From the NCBI RefSeq assembly GCF_009914755.1, contig NC_060930.1: a stretch of DNA of 64,000 nucleotides; one strand, written 5' to 3'. Source of the stretch: the human T2T-CHM13v2.0 reference genome, Homo sapiens. The first letter of the stretch is position 1, and each line of letters opens with the position of its first letter. Under the pieces are notes generated by a model. That model saw nothing but the letters and a program-made list of their open reading frames with translations, was not told where the DNA came from and did no database searches. Positions 27,464-42,802 of this stretch are shown piece by piece. Position numbers and translations under genes: made by a program.

Positions 27464-30204
27464 CTATAAATATCTCTCAGTTGGAACCCAGCTTGAAATA
27501 TTGCTTGAAATGCTATAACAGGTTGTCATTTTTTTGTAGTCATAGTGGGGATGGGTGAGTTGTTCTTTATTTCTGGCAAAACTGGTAGGCTCCATATAAC
27601 TGTCATTACTTCCTGATGTTTTATAGCTTGTTAAGGAGACAAAAGCCTTTTTTCTTCTCCTAGTATTTTAACATGTTAGTACCAGATATTATCTATGCTT
27701 AGGTATGAATTTTGGCTCAGAGATTTTCTCAGCATCACACCAATGATAAGTTTCATGATCCTAGAATGTACTTTCCCTGTATTCTTTCTCCTCTGCTGGT
27801 GTTCTGTGAGTCCACGTGTATGTGTGTGCAGGACAACACTTAAAGTGGTTCTTCTTTCTTCAAAGACTCAGTTCAACACACCCCTGGTGGCTGTTGTAGC
27901 TCAGGGTTGAGTAGTGATCCTGGTATTAAAGATGAGAAATTTGTTAGGTAGCCGCTATGAGCTGCAAGATTTCCTGAGGCAGAGGTATCCGGAACAGAGT
28001 CAGGGAGGCCATGGGGCCAGAGGCCTTCCTGATTCTGGACACACAGAGTACCTTGGTTTCCCCACCCTACCTTAAAAATATATTCGGATTCACTTATACC
28101 GATTAATTACTTAGAGAGAGTGAATGTATTATAGTTATGTGAACCTGTACTCCCTGGCTGTCTCTCTTCTGATGCCTTGGTGATTTGTCTAGAGGATAAA
28201 TTGCTTTTTGGCTTTTATAAATTCTGTTTTCTTCTACCAACTGCTAACCATTAACATCTCAATCAAATGGGGGAATTTGCAGTTATCAGCTTAACTAATC
28301 TCCATGCCCACATTTCTTGCTTCTCTCCCTGTTACTGACCCAGATCCTTGATGATAACTCATTGTAGATTTTGTTATCATTTAAAACCTTTTCAACTAGG
28401 TACTTGATATAATAGTTCTTATTAATTTTTAATTAATTTTATATTATTTAGTCATTTGCTGAGTTGGTAGATATTTATCTTGTGATTTCTTTTAAAAAAG
28501 TCTTAGTTCTGAGATGAACCTTTAACAGCACCCTTCTGTGGCAGTCTACTAAGCACAGTGTTAACCTGAGGTCTTTGGAAAGGCCAGCTTCTCACAGATC
28601 TAAGGGATGCAATTTGCTGGCAAATCTTTAGTTGGCCAGTCTTGACTACATCTGATCAAAGTTGGGAAGTGAGCTGCTGGAGACGGTGACATTTTCTGAA
28701 GCATGAACAGTAACAATCTGAAACCATAGGCCCTTCACACCTCTTCTGTCATTTCGTCTTTGCTACCGTCCTTGGAAATAGCCTGTCTTTACAAAGGTTT
28801 CTATATAGGTTAAGATACTTGCTTGAGGTCATGCAAATAAGAGCTAGTCTGGAGGAAAAACTCAGTTTCCTGTCTCTTCTGTTCATTTCACTGTCCTGCA
28901 TGGGGTTATGCTTTTTTCTTTCAATGAAGCGTAGGAAGTCTCCTTGGGAATCATCTGTGCTGATCTCTGTGTGTGTGTTTTAAATTGCAATTTGTGTTGC
29001 AACTGGTAATTCCAGTTCTTGTATATTACTAAGGCTTTCTCTGTAGATGGATAGTTAATCCGTGAAAATCCCGAAAAGCATGCAGCTCTGTTGATTTGAT
29101 TTTGTTATAAGATAAGGAATGCATAATCACTCTGGGTTCCTGGCTTTAAATTATAAGGATGTGTTAAATTATGAAAATGAAATGAGGTTTCTAAAAATTC
29201 TATATTCTGGAAAATGCTATTAAGCAATTTCCATTTTGATGCAATGTATATTTAAAAAGATATATTTTCTGTGTATAGTTGTACTGTTTTTAATCTCCTT
29301 GTGATTTTCCTGAAGCTGTGCTTAAATGTGAACAATTGTTTAAAATAAACCAATAAAGGAGAGAAATAGGATGAAGATATTTTACATGTTTTACTAATTC
29401 TGACATGTCCCCAAGTGATAAATGGTATTCAGAGGCTGTCTGTACAAGAAGGGTTCTTACAGTCCATTTCTAGACTAATTTCAGAGAACGCAGCACCTGA
29501 GTGGCCAGGTGAGCTGTGCTCACTGTGGGGCGGCAGGGTGGGCGCTAAAGCCTTGAGTCCATGCTCAATGCGCTTTCCCCTGCCCCGTGCTGGCATCCAG
29601 ATTTTTGTTTATTGTCTCTAGTTTCTACATCCTTTGTAGGCAATGAAACTCACCTTATATGGAATTGTACGTGTCTTTTATAGGAAGAGTATGTGTGTCT
29701 AAGTTAATCACTCCTGGTGGGATCTCTGTCTGCTCTGTTACTGTGTTGGCCATTGTTACTGCTCTGTTACTGTGCTGGCCCAATGAAATAGTCTCTCGGC
29801 CATTTGACTACTTCAGTTTAGGCCCTAGATTGTTTTGCAACTTGCTTCCTAGTTCATCCCCCTTCCACCCATCTTCCATATTTCCAGGAGAAAAAAAATA
29901 AAAATAAAAACTTTAATGTCTCCCCCAACCCCCAGATTTTAGGTACTGTTTTCTGCCCCCTGTCCCGCTTTCTAGCTGTTTCTCCTGTCCTGTTTGCATG
30001 CACCCTTCTCATTCTGGCTTTAGGAACTACTTGCTGTCTTGACAGTGACAGATTTCATCCCTCCATGCTTGTAGGTTGTTGCACCATCCTATGACCAGAA
30101 TACCTTCCTCTCCCCATTTCAGCCATTAGGACTCAGCTTCTGTATGTGCTTCCCTAGGAAGTCCTTCCAGTGACAGACTGTACTCTACTCACCTTCCCTG
30201 TGAG

Positions 30205-30400
30205 CAGCCTAAGGCAGTATGGTAGCGAAGAGTGTGGGCTGTGGTCTCAGGTTGCCTGGGTTCAAACCCAGCTCCTAGCTGTGTGACGTTGGACAAGGCA
30301 CTTAACTTCTTTGGGCTTCAGCTCTCATCTCTAATTAATAGTATTTAAGGTTGTTTTAGGGTTAAATGACTTAATGGATGTAAATCATTCATGAAAGTGC
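30205..30400 (+). mobile_element. MIR
   Basis: GCCTGGGTTCAAACCCAGCTC...TGTGTGACGTTGGACAAG. Confidence 0.75.
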
Positions 30401-30439
30401 ACATACGAACATCCTGTTGCTCACAATCTAGTATTACTA

Positions 30440-30552
30440 GCTTTTAAGCCTGGAAAACCAGTATGATTCCATTTTTGTACCCTCAGGCCCCTTTTATAGT
30501 ACATAGGACATGGTAGGCACTCAATAAATGTTGCTTACTTGAATAAATGAAA
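30440..30552 (+). mobile_element. L2 3' end
   Basis: ACATGGTAGGCACTCAATAAATGTTG...TGAATAAATGAA. Confidence 0.7.
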
Positions 30553-31685
30553 CAAAAAAGTCAGGAAACACAGAACACTTATTTTAGTGTTTGTTAAGTT
30601 ATGCCCTGCTTTGTTCCAGAAAATGATTTATTTCAATTAGGGTTTCAGATGTACCCTTTAAGGAGCAATGTATGTATCTGTAAACTTTATATTTTCCTCA
30701 GAGTCACAAGCCGTTTGGAATTTCATTTTGAAATTCTCTTTCCACTAACATTTATAGTTTTGGCACAGTTGCCCTTTAAAAAGACAGCGTATCAATTGAA
30801 CATAAATATATTGTGTTTAAACTATATGCCTGCTTGAATAAGTGCAGTACTTATTTGTCAGGGCATATATTATGTTGGAGTATGATGTCATGAGGCTTAA
30901 GGAAACTAATGCTTATCATTTGTTAGTGCTTAAAACAAAGTAGAGATAGCCAAATGCATTTCTCTACTTCCTTATTGCCATACAGCTCTCCTTGTAAGTT
31001 AATAAGTATCTTATTGCAAATCAGCCCTGTATCTGTTCCAAATTCAAATGTTGATGGTTGAGCTTCCAGTATTTTCTCCCATATATTCACACTGAATAAC
31101 ATTTCCTGAGGATTGCATAAGACCCATTTAACATTTGTGAACTATGAGACTTCTTTGTACATTTCTGTTTCTTTAGTTGTATTACGGTAATCGGGCATAT
31201 GTCTTCTAACCTTGATGATCTCACCTCTATATAATATAAGGATGTTGGGAGAAATATGAAATCTAGACCAACTCTAAAAAATTGAATGTCAAGGTAATTG
31301 TCTTGTCACACAATGGTGTAACCAGCCAACATCCTCGAACAGATCCGTGTCCATAATGGCATCATTGACTTCTGAACTGTATGGTGGTGTTCTCTGAAAG
31401 GTGCTATAGAGAAAACACAAGTGTGAAGGGCGATTGTGATGGTTGTGGGTCAGAGGCTCCTCAAGTGGAGTGAATGAGGCCAGCCAGGAATGAAGACAAT
31501 GCAGTGAATGATTCTTTTGTTGCATAGTAAAATGAAGTACTAGAAAATGTTCTCTTAACAAAGAATCATGTTTGGTCAGAGTGGACGTGATATAGTGAGG
31601 AGTTTTTGTAAATTCTTCATTTAGCGACTAATATTTTGGCTCAGTTAAAGATATGAAAAACATTTTTTAACAAAAAGGTGTTAGT

Positions 31686-32066
31686 GGCCGGGCATGGTGG
31701 GCTCACTCCTGTAATCTGGCTTTAGGAACTAACTAGCTGGTTCTGACTAGCGTATGAGGGTGGGGTTAGGTTTTCCCTATCTTCCCCCTTCTTCCATAGC
31801 ACTTTGTGAGGCTGAGGCGGGTGGACCACCTGAGGTCGGGGGTTCAAGACCAGCCTGGCCAACATGGCGAAACCCCGTCTCTACCGAAAATACAAAAATT
31901 AGCCAGGCGTGGTGGCGCATGCCTATAATCCCAGCTACTCGAGAGGCTGAGTCAGGAGAATCGCTTGAACCCAGGAGTCAGAGGTTACAGTGAGCCGAGA
32001 TTGCACCACTGCACTCCAGCCTGGGCAACAGAGCAAGACTCTGTCTCAAAAAAAAAAAAATAAAAT
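31686..32066 (+). mobile_element. AluS with ~81-bp non-Alu insertion in the left arm
   Basis: TSD AAAAGGTGTTAGT / AAAAGGTGGTAGT; insert 31717-31797 between TGTAATC and AGCACTTTG. Confidence 0.95.
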
Positions 32067-33524
32067 AAAAGGTGGTAGTATAAAAAAAGGGGCACTGTAT
32101 TTTATAGTTACAAATACTGAGTCATTAATGTTACAGGCGTACAATGCTCCACTTGCTATGAGAGTGTGCTGCTAAGCTCTGTCTCCAGAACTTTTGCCCC
32201 TTGGTAGACTCTGTCTTGCACAGGTTTCTTGTCAGATCATAGTCCTCATTTTCTGTGCATAAGATGGAAATAGCATGCAGATTATACCACAGATTGTCCT
32301 AGTAGTTCTTTTATATGTTTTACTCAAAAAAGCTGGTCCTACTTTTTTTTTTTTTTTATTTCTTGACTAGTTTTGTTAGGAGAATTTACACTTTTGGTAG
32401 TAGTTTTGCCATTATGTCATTACTTATGAACAAATGTAGTTATTGCACTTACTTTATAGAGCCAGCTCAGAAAATTTGATTTCAATGAAATTCTTTGTGT
32501 TTAGCACTTTTCCAATAAGTGGGCCATTGATTCGGTTATAACAAACTATTTTGATGAATGAGTTGTTCTGTTTATGGAAGGATTTTACACTTAAATGTTG
32601 CTTCTTGGGTTGTGCTATTTTTGTACTTTGAAAGTTACATAAAATGAAAAGAACCAGCACATAAGTTTTATATGCTGAGAGTTGAAGGGTGATCCCATTG
32701 TTTCTGAATTTGAGTCTCTGCCAGCATGAATCCTCCTATGAGGGTCCCTAAAGGCTATATTATAGTTTCGATGAAATGTATACATTCTATGAATGAAAAA
32801 AATATAGAATTTCCTTTTCATGATTTTTTTTCTTAGTTTGTTCCCATTTTTGTCCCCATCAATATAAAATAAATTAAAATGACCACAACAAACTCAAGGA
32901 GGTGAAAATCAAGAAATTGTTACCTGTATTATGGACAGGTGGTGTAGCGTCACCTCTCTCATACACACCCACTATCTCCAATAAGCCTAGCCTGGGAAGG
33001 AGAATATTTTCCTGTTAGCTATTTGAGTCCTCTTGCGAAGTCATTTGAATATGTGAGTTCTGGACATTGCAGATAACTAGTTGGTTCTGACTAGGGTATG
33101 AGGTTGGGATTAGATTTTCCCTATTTTCTCTCTTCTTCCATAGTGAGATTTGTGGAGGGTCAATTAGAGTCTTCCTTGACACAAGGTTATTTCTTTAATG
33201 TAGCACAGGGGAAGGACATCTTTTTCCTTTTATGAATTCTGCCCAATCCTTTTCTGGGCTGATCTTTGATTCCTATCATGGGGTCTGTCCAGTTTTCAGT
33301 ATTCTTCCTTGTTTGGGTATTCAGGTAGTAGATATCTCAGATATTCTTCCTTGAGTACAAAAGTATCTCCCAGCAGTGTGGCCTTAGGCAGATTTGTGGT
33401 CTTTTTGGCTGTGCTGTCCAGTACTGGAAAGGATACCAGATAGAAGCTTCAGTTCTCAGCAGGGTCAGGTTGCCTCTGGCTGGGCAGTGGGTGTCCAGAT
33501 GCAGGGATAGTGGTGTAGATGCAG

Positions 33525-33700
33525 GGCAGTGATTAAAGGCTTTGGAGTTTGAATCCCAACCCTGCTCAGTGTGACCTTGGGCAAGTTACTTACCTGTGTT
33601 AAGCCTCAATAACCTGTGCCATTGGGGCCTTTATAAAGATTAATGAGGTGTAATATAAAATACTTCACATAGTCATTTTCTGGCACATACTCAGTACGTG
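33525..33700 (+). mobile_element. MIR
   Basis: TTTGAATCCC...TGTGACCTTGGGCAAGTTACTT...AAGCCTCA. Confidence 0.75.
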
Positions 33701-34829
33701 GTGGAGGTTATGGTGATTTTATTAAAATAGAATTGGCTGTAGATGCCCCTCCCCACTTTCCAAGATCCCAACATCATGCCTAGTCTGCCTGCATTGTTGT
33801 CGAGCATGAAGAAATAATCGATTTTGTAATTTATTCGGCTCCTTATTACTTTTCCATTCTTGCAGATCCATTGCCCATATCCTTAAGATGTTTTCTTTAA
33901 GCCTTACCCTAGTCAGAGACTATTTTCTAAATAGAACTAAAAGAGAAATTTGATTGAGCATCTGAATCTGACCTTCTCCCCAATTAACCCAGTTGGGCAG
34001 ACCTTCATTTAGAGTGTCATTTATTTTTCAAGCCACGTGGTAAGGAAGCAGAGGGTTCTCCTTACTTCTAAAGTCAATTTCCATTAAAACCTTCAGTGTT
34101 CAGTGTGTAGCTTAATGCCTTTTAAAATGATTGCTATTTTTGAACCAGTGTTTTTGTCACAACGTTTTGAGTGTAGAATATTCCTTATTTGACAACCCTG
34201 AGCTTGTAGGAGTTTATAAATGGCTAAGAACAATCTGATTAGAATGTATTGCTTTTGGTTGGAGGCCAAGAATATTGGATCATTGGTTTAGGGTATGACA
34301 CTTAAAGAGACCAAAGAGCAGAGTACATAATGCCCAGATAGGCCAATTCATGTAGCTTTGTTCCATAATGTAAGATTGAACCCCAAACCCTGGCCACCTA
34401 TCTTTGAGATATATGCTGTTGGCCACAGGAGCATTAATTACTCCGGGCAGATCAGCAGACCATGAACTACATGCTACGAGGGGAAATCCAAATGCCTCAA
34501 TGTACAGGATAGTGGGTCAGTAGAAGAAACCTCACAAAGGAAAGCTGGAGAAGGCTGTCAATGAAGGTTTTTTTTTTTTTTTTTTTTTTTTTTAAGTCGT
34601 GTAAGAATTGCTAAGTGACAGATCAGAGTCCAGAAGACAGGAAAGGAGTTAGGAAATTCTGAGATATTTAAATTCTGACCATGTAATAAATGATTCCCTT
34701 GTGGAAGATAAGGGGTAAGTACCAAAAGGAAGGAGTGTCACAATGTGGCAGTTTTCTAATGAACTTAGGTCTTAAAAGGAAGCACACACAAGATAGAAGG
34801 CTCACAATCAGGAGGGACTGGCAGTGATC

Positions 34830-35045
34830 TTAGCTCATGTTAATATACTGTGTGTCAGGCAGTGTTCTAAGCACTCACATCCTTGTTTGATCTCATGATA
34901 ACCTTATGAAGTAGATGGTATTATTATTGCCCTTTTACAGAGGCGTAAACGGGAGGCTTTGGGCGTTTAGGTATTTGCTGTCATTTACATAGCTAGTTAA
35001 GTAACTGCGCTGGGATTTAAGTTGAGGTAGTCAGATTCCAGAGAG
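34830..35045 (-). mobile_element. MIR
   Basis: TGTGTCAGGCAGTGTTCTAAGCAC...TTTTACAGAGGCGTAAAC...GATTCCAGAG. Confidence 0.75.
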
Positions 35046-35197
35046 ATCTGAGACTTGCAGAAGGTGCCAGAGACAATAAAAAAAAGTAGTTGAAAGAAGT
35101 GTTCAGAGTCATAAGGAAAGAATATATTTGCATCTGAGTGGAACTGATGGTGGCTGTGGGTAGTCATAGAGCATAGCCTTTTAACTCCTGTTGTCTA

Positions 35198-35524
<327 letters not shown>

Positions 35525-36049
35525 AGAAAACTCAGAATGTCAAAAATATGTTGGAGAAGTAATAAGACAGACATAGTTTTTCTAACTGAATTTAAGCCTC
35601 TTAGCCCGACAGAATTTCTCCACAGGGTTCTGAGAACATTTTGGATCCAGATTGTTCAACCAAGTCCATGATGATCTGTGAGGAAGCATGGAGAACAGAA
35701 ATAACACTGGAAAGGCGGAGGAGGGGGCACAGGTGCACTTTGGTGCGGAAAAGTTTGGGAAGCATTGTTTGAAAGAAGTTGATATCTTTAAATATTCAGG
35801 GCTAGTTGCTAGCAACTTACTATGGCTAGTTGTTGAAAGCTGCAGTGAGTCTGTTCATTAGCTAGTGGGCAGCCCACATTTAGAAGAATGTAGGTGTGAG
35901 ATGGGAGAGACTTTGGCATAAGAATGGTTCAGATGGAATGGGAACACCAGGGGGTGATTCGATCATTAAGCTTTCCTTTGAGAATGTGATTTGGTATCTT
36001 TGAAACTAGGCCAGAGATTTATTTGGATCTTTGGTTTTCCATTTGTGAA

Positions 36050-36190
36050 GAGGTCATTTAGTCTCATTTCCAGATGAAGAAATTTGGGTTCAGAGAGGAT
36101 GGGAGTGACTTTCCCTAAGCCACTGAGCTGTTTGGTGACCAAGGCAGGCTGGATGCTCACCTGCTTTCTCGCTGCTCTCTTCTTACTGCA
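36050..36190 (-). mobile_element. MIR fragment
   Basis: CATTTCCAGATGAAGAAATTTGGGTTCAGAGAGG...GTGACTTTCCC. Confidence 0.65.
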
Positions 36191-37299
36191 GCTCACCTGT
36201 GGACTTGTGGACTGGGCCATCAGGAGTCTCTAGGAGGCAGCATTGATTTTGGGATAGGCCTACCTGGGTTCAAATCCCAGCTCTGACACTTAATCTGTAA
36301 CAGTGTTACATTATTCTGAGGATTAGTGAAAAGGGAACACTTAGCATATAGGAAGGGCTAAGTGTATGTTCTTGCCTCTTTCTAGTTAGGCTTGAAATCT
36401 TTCTTTATTTTATGTACTTATTATTACTAAGTTTTCTAGCACCTCCCAACTCATGACCAAAAAGTTTCATTTTCATCTTATTTTTCTCTTTGGATGATTT
36501 TTATAAGGGTATTTCTTATAGTTTCTCTATATTTAAATACTTTATACTGTCTAGGGTATTTAGGCAAAGGATTCAACTACAGGGCTTTTAGAAATCCTTT
36601 CCAGCTCTAAAATTATAGGATTTAATTGTTTTTGAAAAAGATGCCTTCTACCTTCCTCCTCCTCCAGCTGCACACGTAGTTTACTGGTTACTGTGGTAAC
36701 TGCACTCTAATAATCCTGTCAGGAAATCTGATGCAACTATCTGTCTAATCTTATTTTCCAGACACAAAACAAGCACACGGCTTCCTTCTAAGAATCCTTC
36801 TAAAGCGCTCCAGCCTAAGCATTGTTTCTTCTTGTTCTGATGTTTTTTAAGATTGCACTTAGAGAAGAATGCACCTCATTGGGTGTTTCCTCAATGTGGA
36901 ATGTTTTATAGTATCCAGTGACCAGTGCATCACTCTAAAGCGGTGTGTGTTTTCATGCACTCTCCTGGAGTTGATGAAATTTTGGGTAGTTTGAATTATA
37001 ATTTTAAAAAATGCAGAATAGGGATTAGAGAGGATTTAAATTTATTTTGCACATAGAGGATTGAACGTAATTACTCAGAGAGTTAGCTAAAATCAGTATT
37101 TTTGCTTTTTTTTTTTTTTTGGACAAGCCAGTTTTACAAAATGTCCCTCTGCTGATCCATGAACAAGGGATAAGTCTGTACCTTTTCATCCTCCCTCCCT
37201 TCTTCAGCCATTCACCTTCCTTAGTAGGGGTCAAGTGGGATCCCTGTGATGCTACTCCTGGCAAGGAACCTCTGTACTCCCAGCCTCTCCACCAATCTC

Positions 37300-40200
37300 T
37301 ACTTGACCCTCAGAAGCAATCTCATCACACGTCTTATTCCCGTTTATGTCAGTCACCATAGGAAGCCTGGACTCCCGTGTCACCTCTCACTCCTGTGTCC
37401 TGATCCTCATTTGCCTCTTTACTTCAGCTTTTCCAATCCTGCTTCCCTCCCCTAGGGAACTCATGAAGCCCCTTCACTGTGCAGTTTGTGTGCTCACCAT
37501 CAGTCATCAGCAAACCCCCCACTTCCTCACCTTGTCTGGGAGCATGGCCTTCATCTCCTTGCTTTATTGGACACTTGGGTCTCTCCTGGCAGTACTGCCC
37601 CTCCTTCAGCTGTCTCAAGTGGCCACCCTTTTTCATCTTTCCCGTGCACCATGGGTAGAGCTGGGGTAGCCTCGTCTATGCTATTTTCATAGTGCTGCTC
37701 CTCCTTCTCCTGAAACGCCACCTCCTCTGACTTTCAGGTCTCTGCATGGCCCACTTTGCCTCCTTGTCACTAGTCCTCTGCTCTTCCACGTGGTCATTCC
37801 CCTCTTTCTTTGAAAAATTTTGTTTCTGGTTCACTGTCCCTGTCTCCAACACTACTTCTGTGAGTTCTCCAGGATTTCAGTCCCCATGTTCACTCCATCC
37901 CACGGTCATATCTTGATCCTCTCATCACCGGTGACTTCAGTGCCTCCATCACTCACTTTGAAACATCCCACTCTTATCACCACTTCCTCTTCTCTCGCAA
38001 GCCTCATGTGGTACCTCCAACCTCAATAGTCCATTGATCCACCAGGTTTTTCAGTCCATTGAATCCATCACGTCTTCACGGACCCACACTCACCCCATGT
38101 CCTCACTTCTCCCCTTCCCCAGCTTGGAGTCCACGATCAACCACTGTAATCTCTACCATGGCATAGATCCTTATCACCCTTGACCCCTCAGGCTTGGTCA
38201 TTCTTGCTTGACTAAATCACAGTTCTGGTTAAATCCTTCCCTCTCTTCACCTGTTCTGTGCTTGCACCCATGAGGCCAAATGTGCTTGGAGAATACCACA
38301 GCACCATATTGTTTGTCTCACTCTAAGCTGATCACAGATCTTAAGTGGGCCCTTGATGCTACCTGGCAGTCTCATTGTGTTTCCACTGTCTCTTCATTCC
38401 CACCACTCTCTCAGACAACTGTTGCATACTTTCTACTTGCTGTTCAAACATCCATGGTCTCCTTACACTTGGTTGTTTCCTTTTTCACCAGAAACCCCAG
38501 AAATAATCAGTAGAGACTGCCACCAGCACACCCACCACCTGCCTGCGTCTGTGCCCATGCTCCCACCTCCTTGGGCATGATGTTCTATCTCCATCTACAC
38601 GTACCTTCTCAAGGACATTGCTGTATGAAATTTTCCCTCCCTTTCCTATGTCATCTATTTTCTTCTTTCTACCTGATTCCCACTGGCATATGAGTTATTA
38701 TTTTTCTTATTAAATAAAAACATCCTCTCTTGACTCTGATTTCTCTTCCAGCTACTAGCCAGTTTCTTTTCTTGCTTTTACTGCAGAACGTTTGAATGAG
38801 TCATCTGTATGCATTAGGTCTAACATCTCCCCTCCCATTCTATCCTGAGCCCATCACAGTCAAGTTTGCACCTTAACTCACCGTACTTCACTGGCATTGT
38901 GCTTTTCGGGGCCACGGGTAGCATTTCCTTGCCGAAGCCCATGGTCAGGACCCACTCCCTTCTTACTTCATTTACCAGCAGCATTTAACAGTCAGTAAGT
39001 CCCCTCCATGAAATACATTCTTTACAGGACTGCTTGGACACACATGCACCTCATTTTTTTGGTTTTCCTGGTCTTTCTCAGTCTCCTTTGCTAATTCCTT
39101 ATCGCTCCAAACTCTAAGCAAAGTGTTTCAGGGTACTTGTTCCTCATCGTGTCTACTCTCAGTGCTTTAAATATCACCTGTAAGATGACTTCTGCATTCG
39201 TATTTGTAGCCTGGATCTCTCTCTTGAACTCCAGACCCCTTCATCTGGCTGCCTGCTGGACATCTCTCCTGGGATGCGTCTAACAGGCATTTCAAAACAT
39301 AACATGCCCAATCTCCAATCTGCTTCCTCCACAGTCATTCCCATCTCAGTTAATAGCATCCTGCTCTTCCACTTACTTAAGAGAAGACATTTGGTGTCAT
39401 TCTTTTCTTTTATTTCTTTTTTGAGACAGAGTCTCCCTCTGTTGCCCAGGCTTGAGTGCAGTGGCGTGATTTCCGCTCACTGCAACCTCCACCTCCCAGG
39501 TTCATGCAGTTATTGTGCCTCAGCCTCCTGAGTAGCTGGGATTACAGGTGCCTGCCACCACGCCCAACTAATTTTTGTATTTTTAGTAGAGATGGGGTTT
39601 CGCCATGTTGGCTAGGCTGGTCTCAAACTCCTGACCTCAAGTGATCTGACCACCTTGGTCTCCCAAAGTGCTGGGATTACAGGTGTGAGCCACTGCGCCC
39701 AGTCTGGTGTCATTCTTGATTTCTCTTTCTCACATACCCCATCAGCAAATCCTATAGGCTCTATCTTCAAAACGTATCCAGAGTTGATTTCTTATCACCT
39801 TTATTGCTATCACCCTGGTCTAAGCTGCCATAATTTTTCACCTGGATTAGGAGAGTATCTTTCTAACTGGTCTTTCAGCTTCCAGCCTTATCCACTTCAG
39901 TCTGTTATCAGCTGTGTGCAGATTACGTCACTCTTCTTCCCATCTCATTCAGAGTAAAAGCTGAAGTGTTTACCGTGACTGACAAGCTGTGGTGTGCCCT
40001 AGCCCTCCATTACCCTCTGGCTTCATCTCCCACTTCCCGCCCACTTGCTTCCTTGTTTCCCCCTCTGGTCTTGCTGTTTCTTGAAACAGTCCAGGCCTGA
40101 GTCTACCTCAGAGCTTTTTGCATTTGTTCTTCCCTCTGCCTGGAATTCCCTTCAGCTTCCTGTCCTTTATCCATGTCCTCATGATCCCTTATCCCACTCC

Positions 40201-40503
40201 CTCACTTCCTTCAGGTCTTTCTTCAAATGTCACTTTTTCAGTGAGGACTTCCCTGGCCACCAATCTTAACTTTCCACACCCCTCCTGACACTTTCTGTCT
40301 CCTTTGCCTAATTTATTATTCTAGTATTTAGCATAATCTAATAGAGTATATGTTTTGTTGATTTATCTTATTCCTTGTCTCTTTTCTCTCCTACTGGAGT
40401 GTAAGTTCCACAAGGCCAGGGACCTTTGTTTTGCTCATTGCTTATTCCTGGGGACTAGGGCGTAGTTTGTGTCATGGTAGGGTGTCATAAGTATTTGTTT
40501 AAG
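37300..40503 (+). mobile_element. Long L2 (L2a-like) remnant, ~3 kb
   Basis: Pyrimidine-rich L2 ORF2-derived body, then 3' motifs (CTCTTGAACTCCAGACCC, TTCCCTCTGCCTGGAA, GTAAGTTCCACAAGGCCAGGGAC, AAGTATTTGTT). The 5' boundary is approximate. Confidence 0.75.
39402..39703 (-). mobile_element. AluS inserted in the L2
   Basis: TSD TGGTGTCATTCTT. Confidence 0.95.
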
Positions 40504-41374
40504 AGAAAAATAACTATTTCTGGCTCTAGGCACATTTTGGCTTAAAGTCACTGTAAATCTGCTTGCCACAATGCACTAATAAAGCTAATTATTTTATTTC
40601 ATGTTCCCTCTTAAAGTATATTTATTACAGGTGTCAAATTAATTTAAAAGCATAATATTAGGCATGAGAGAATACAAATAGAGAAGAGTTCCTGCAGCTT
40701 TTCATGCTGCTTTAAGTGAGTCCCATTCATGGTACAGTTCTCTCTACATGCATTTAGAAATATGTCAGCTTATTTATTTAAATGTATCTTGCCTTATTAG
40801 AAAAACAAAAAAGATTTAAGGGGGCTGTTTGGAAATGTGATGATGTAAGGATGGGGCAACTTAACATGCTGTTTCAAATGTTTAGACCGTACATTATTGA
40901 TGTCAATAATCTCCTCTCTAAGAGGCACTGATATCTGTCTATTGTGCAGTTTGCAGCATTCCATGCCAAAGCTTTTGTATTTATTACTTCAGTTCTACCT
41001 CTCTTGTTTGGGAAATAATATCTCCAGTCCTCTAAATGTAAGCTAATTTATATTATAGGCAAAAAGCAATTGAATGGCAGTTTCTCAAAGTCAAGTTAAT
41101 CACAACTACCTAAATTTAGCCATGTGATATTTTACCAACAGCCCATTGATCTCCTGCCCCACTGGCTATTGCAAGTAACTATAAAGCAAAGGACAGAACC
41201 CAGGCTTGTGCACTCTGGTTTTTCTCTTAGTATTTTCTGGTTTCCCTTAGTGTCATAGTTAACCAGAGTGAAGAAGATTCAGAGCAATTCATATTTCTGC
41301 TTCCTAGTAAGTTTTCAAAAACATTTCATTTAAAGAAATACTGTGAAATTAACATTTTTGAGTGGGGTATGGTT

Positions 41375-41660
41375 CTTTGAATTTTTGAAAGATCATTTTA
41401 CTTGGAAATTATTTTAGATATATGAAAGAATGGCAAAGGTAGTTTAGAAAGTTCCCATATACCCTTTACTCAGCTTTCCCTAATGTTAACATCTTATTTA
41501 ACTGTAGTAAATGGATTAAAACTGAGAAATCAACAGTAATACAATACTATTAACTAAACTGCAGACTTTATGTAGATTTTTACCAGTTTGTCCACTAATG
41601 TCCTTTTTCCATTTCAGGTTCTCATCCAGGATATCATGTTTTACTTATTCATTTGTCTTT
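41375..41660 (-). mobile_element. L1MC/ME-type 3' fragment
   Basis: AGTTCCCATATACCCTTTACTCAGCTTTCCCTAATGTTAACATCTTA. Confidence 0.7.
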
Positions 41661-41850
41661 TAGTCTTACAATCAGTAGTAGCACCACTTTCAAACTTACA
41701 TGGATAGAGAAAGGAGGTTAAGTTAATGCTGTGGTGAAGTCATGAGAGTGTACAGTAAGTCCTCACTTAATGTCATCGATAGGGTCTTGGAAGCTGTGAC
41801 TTTAAGTGAAACATCATGTAAAGAAACCAGTTTGGCCACAGGCTCATTGA

Positions 41851-42275
<425 letters not shown>

Positions 42276-42290
42276 TAAGAAAGAGCAATA

Positions 42291-42802
<512 letters not shown>

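Noticed and set aside
37119-38580. Cluster of short ORFs
   Set aside because: Stop-poor pyrimidine-rich decayed L2; no intact RT or endonuclease motifs.
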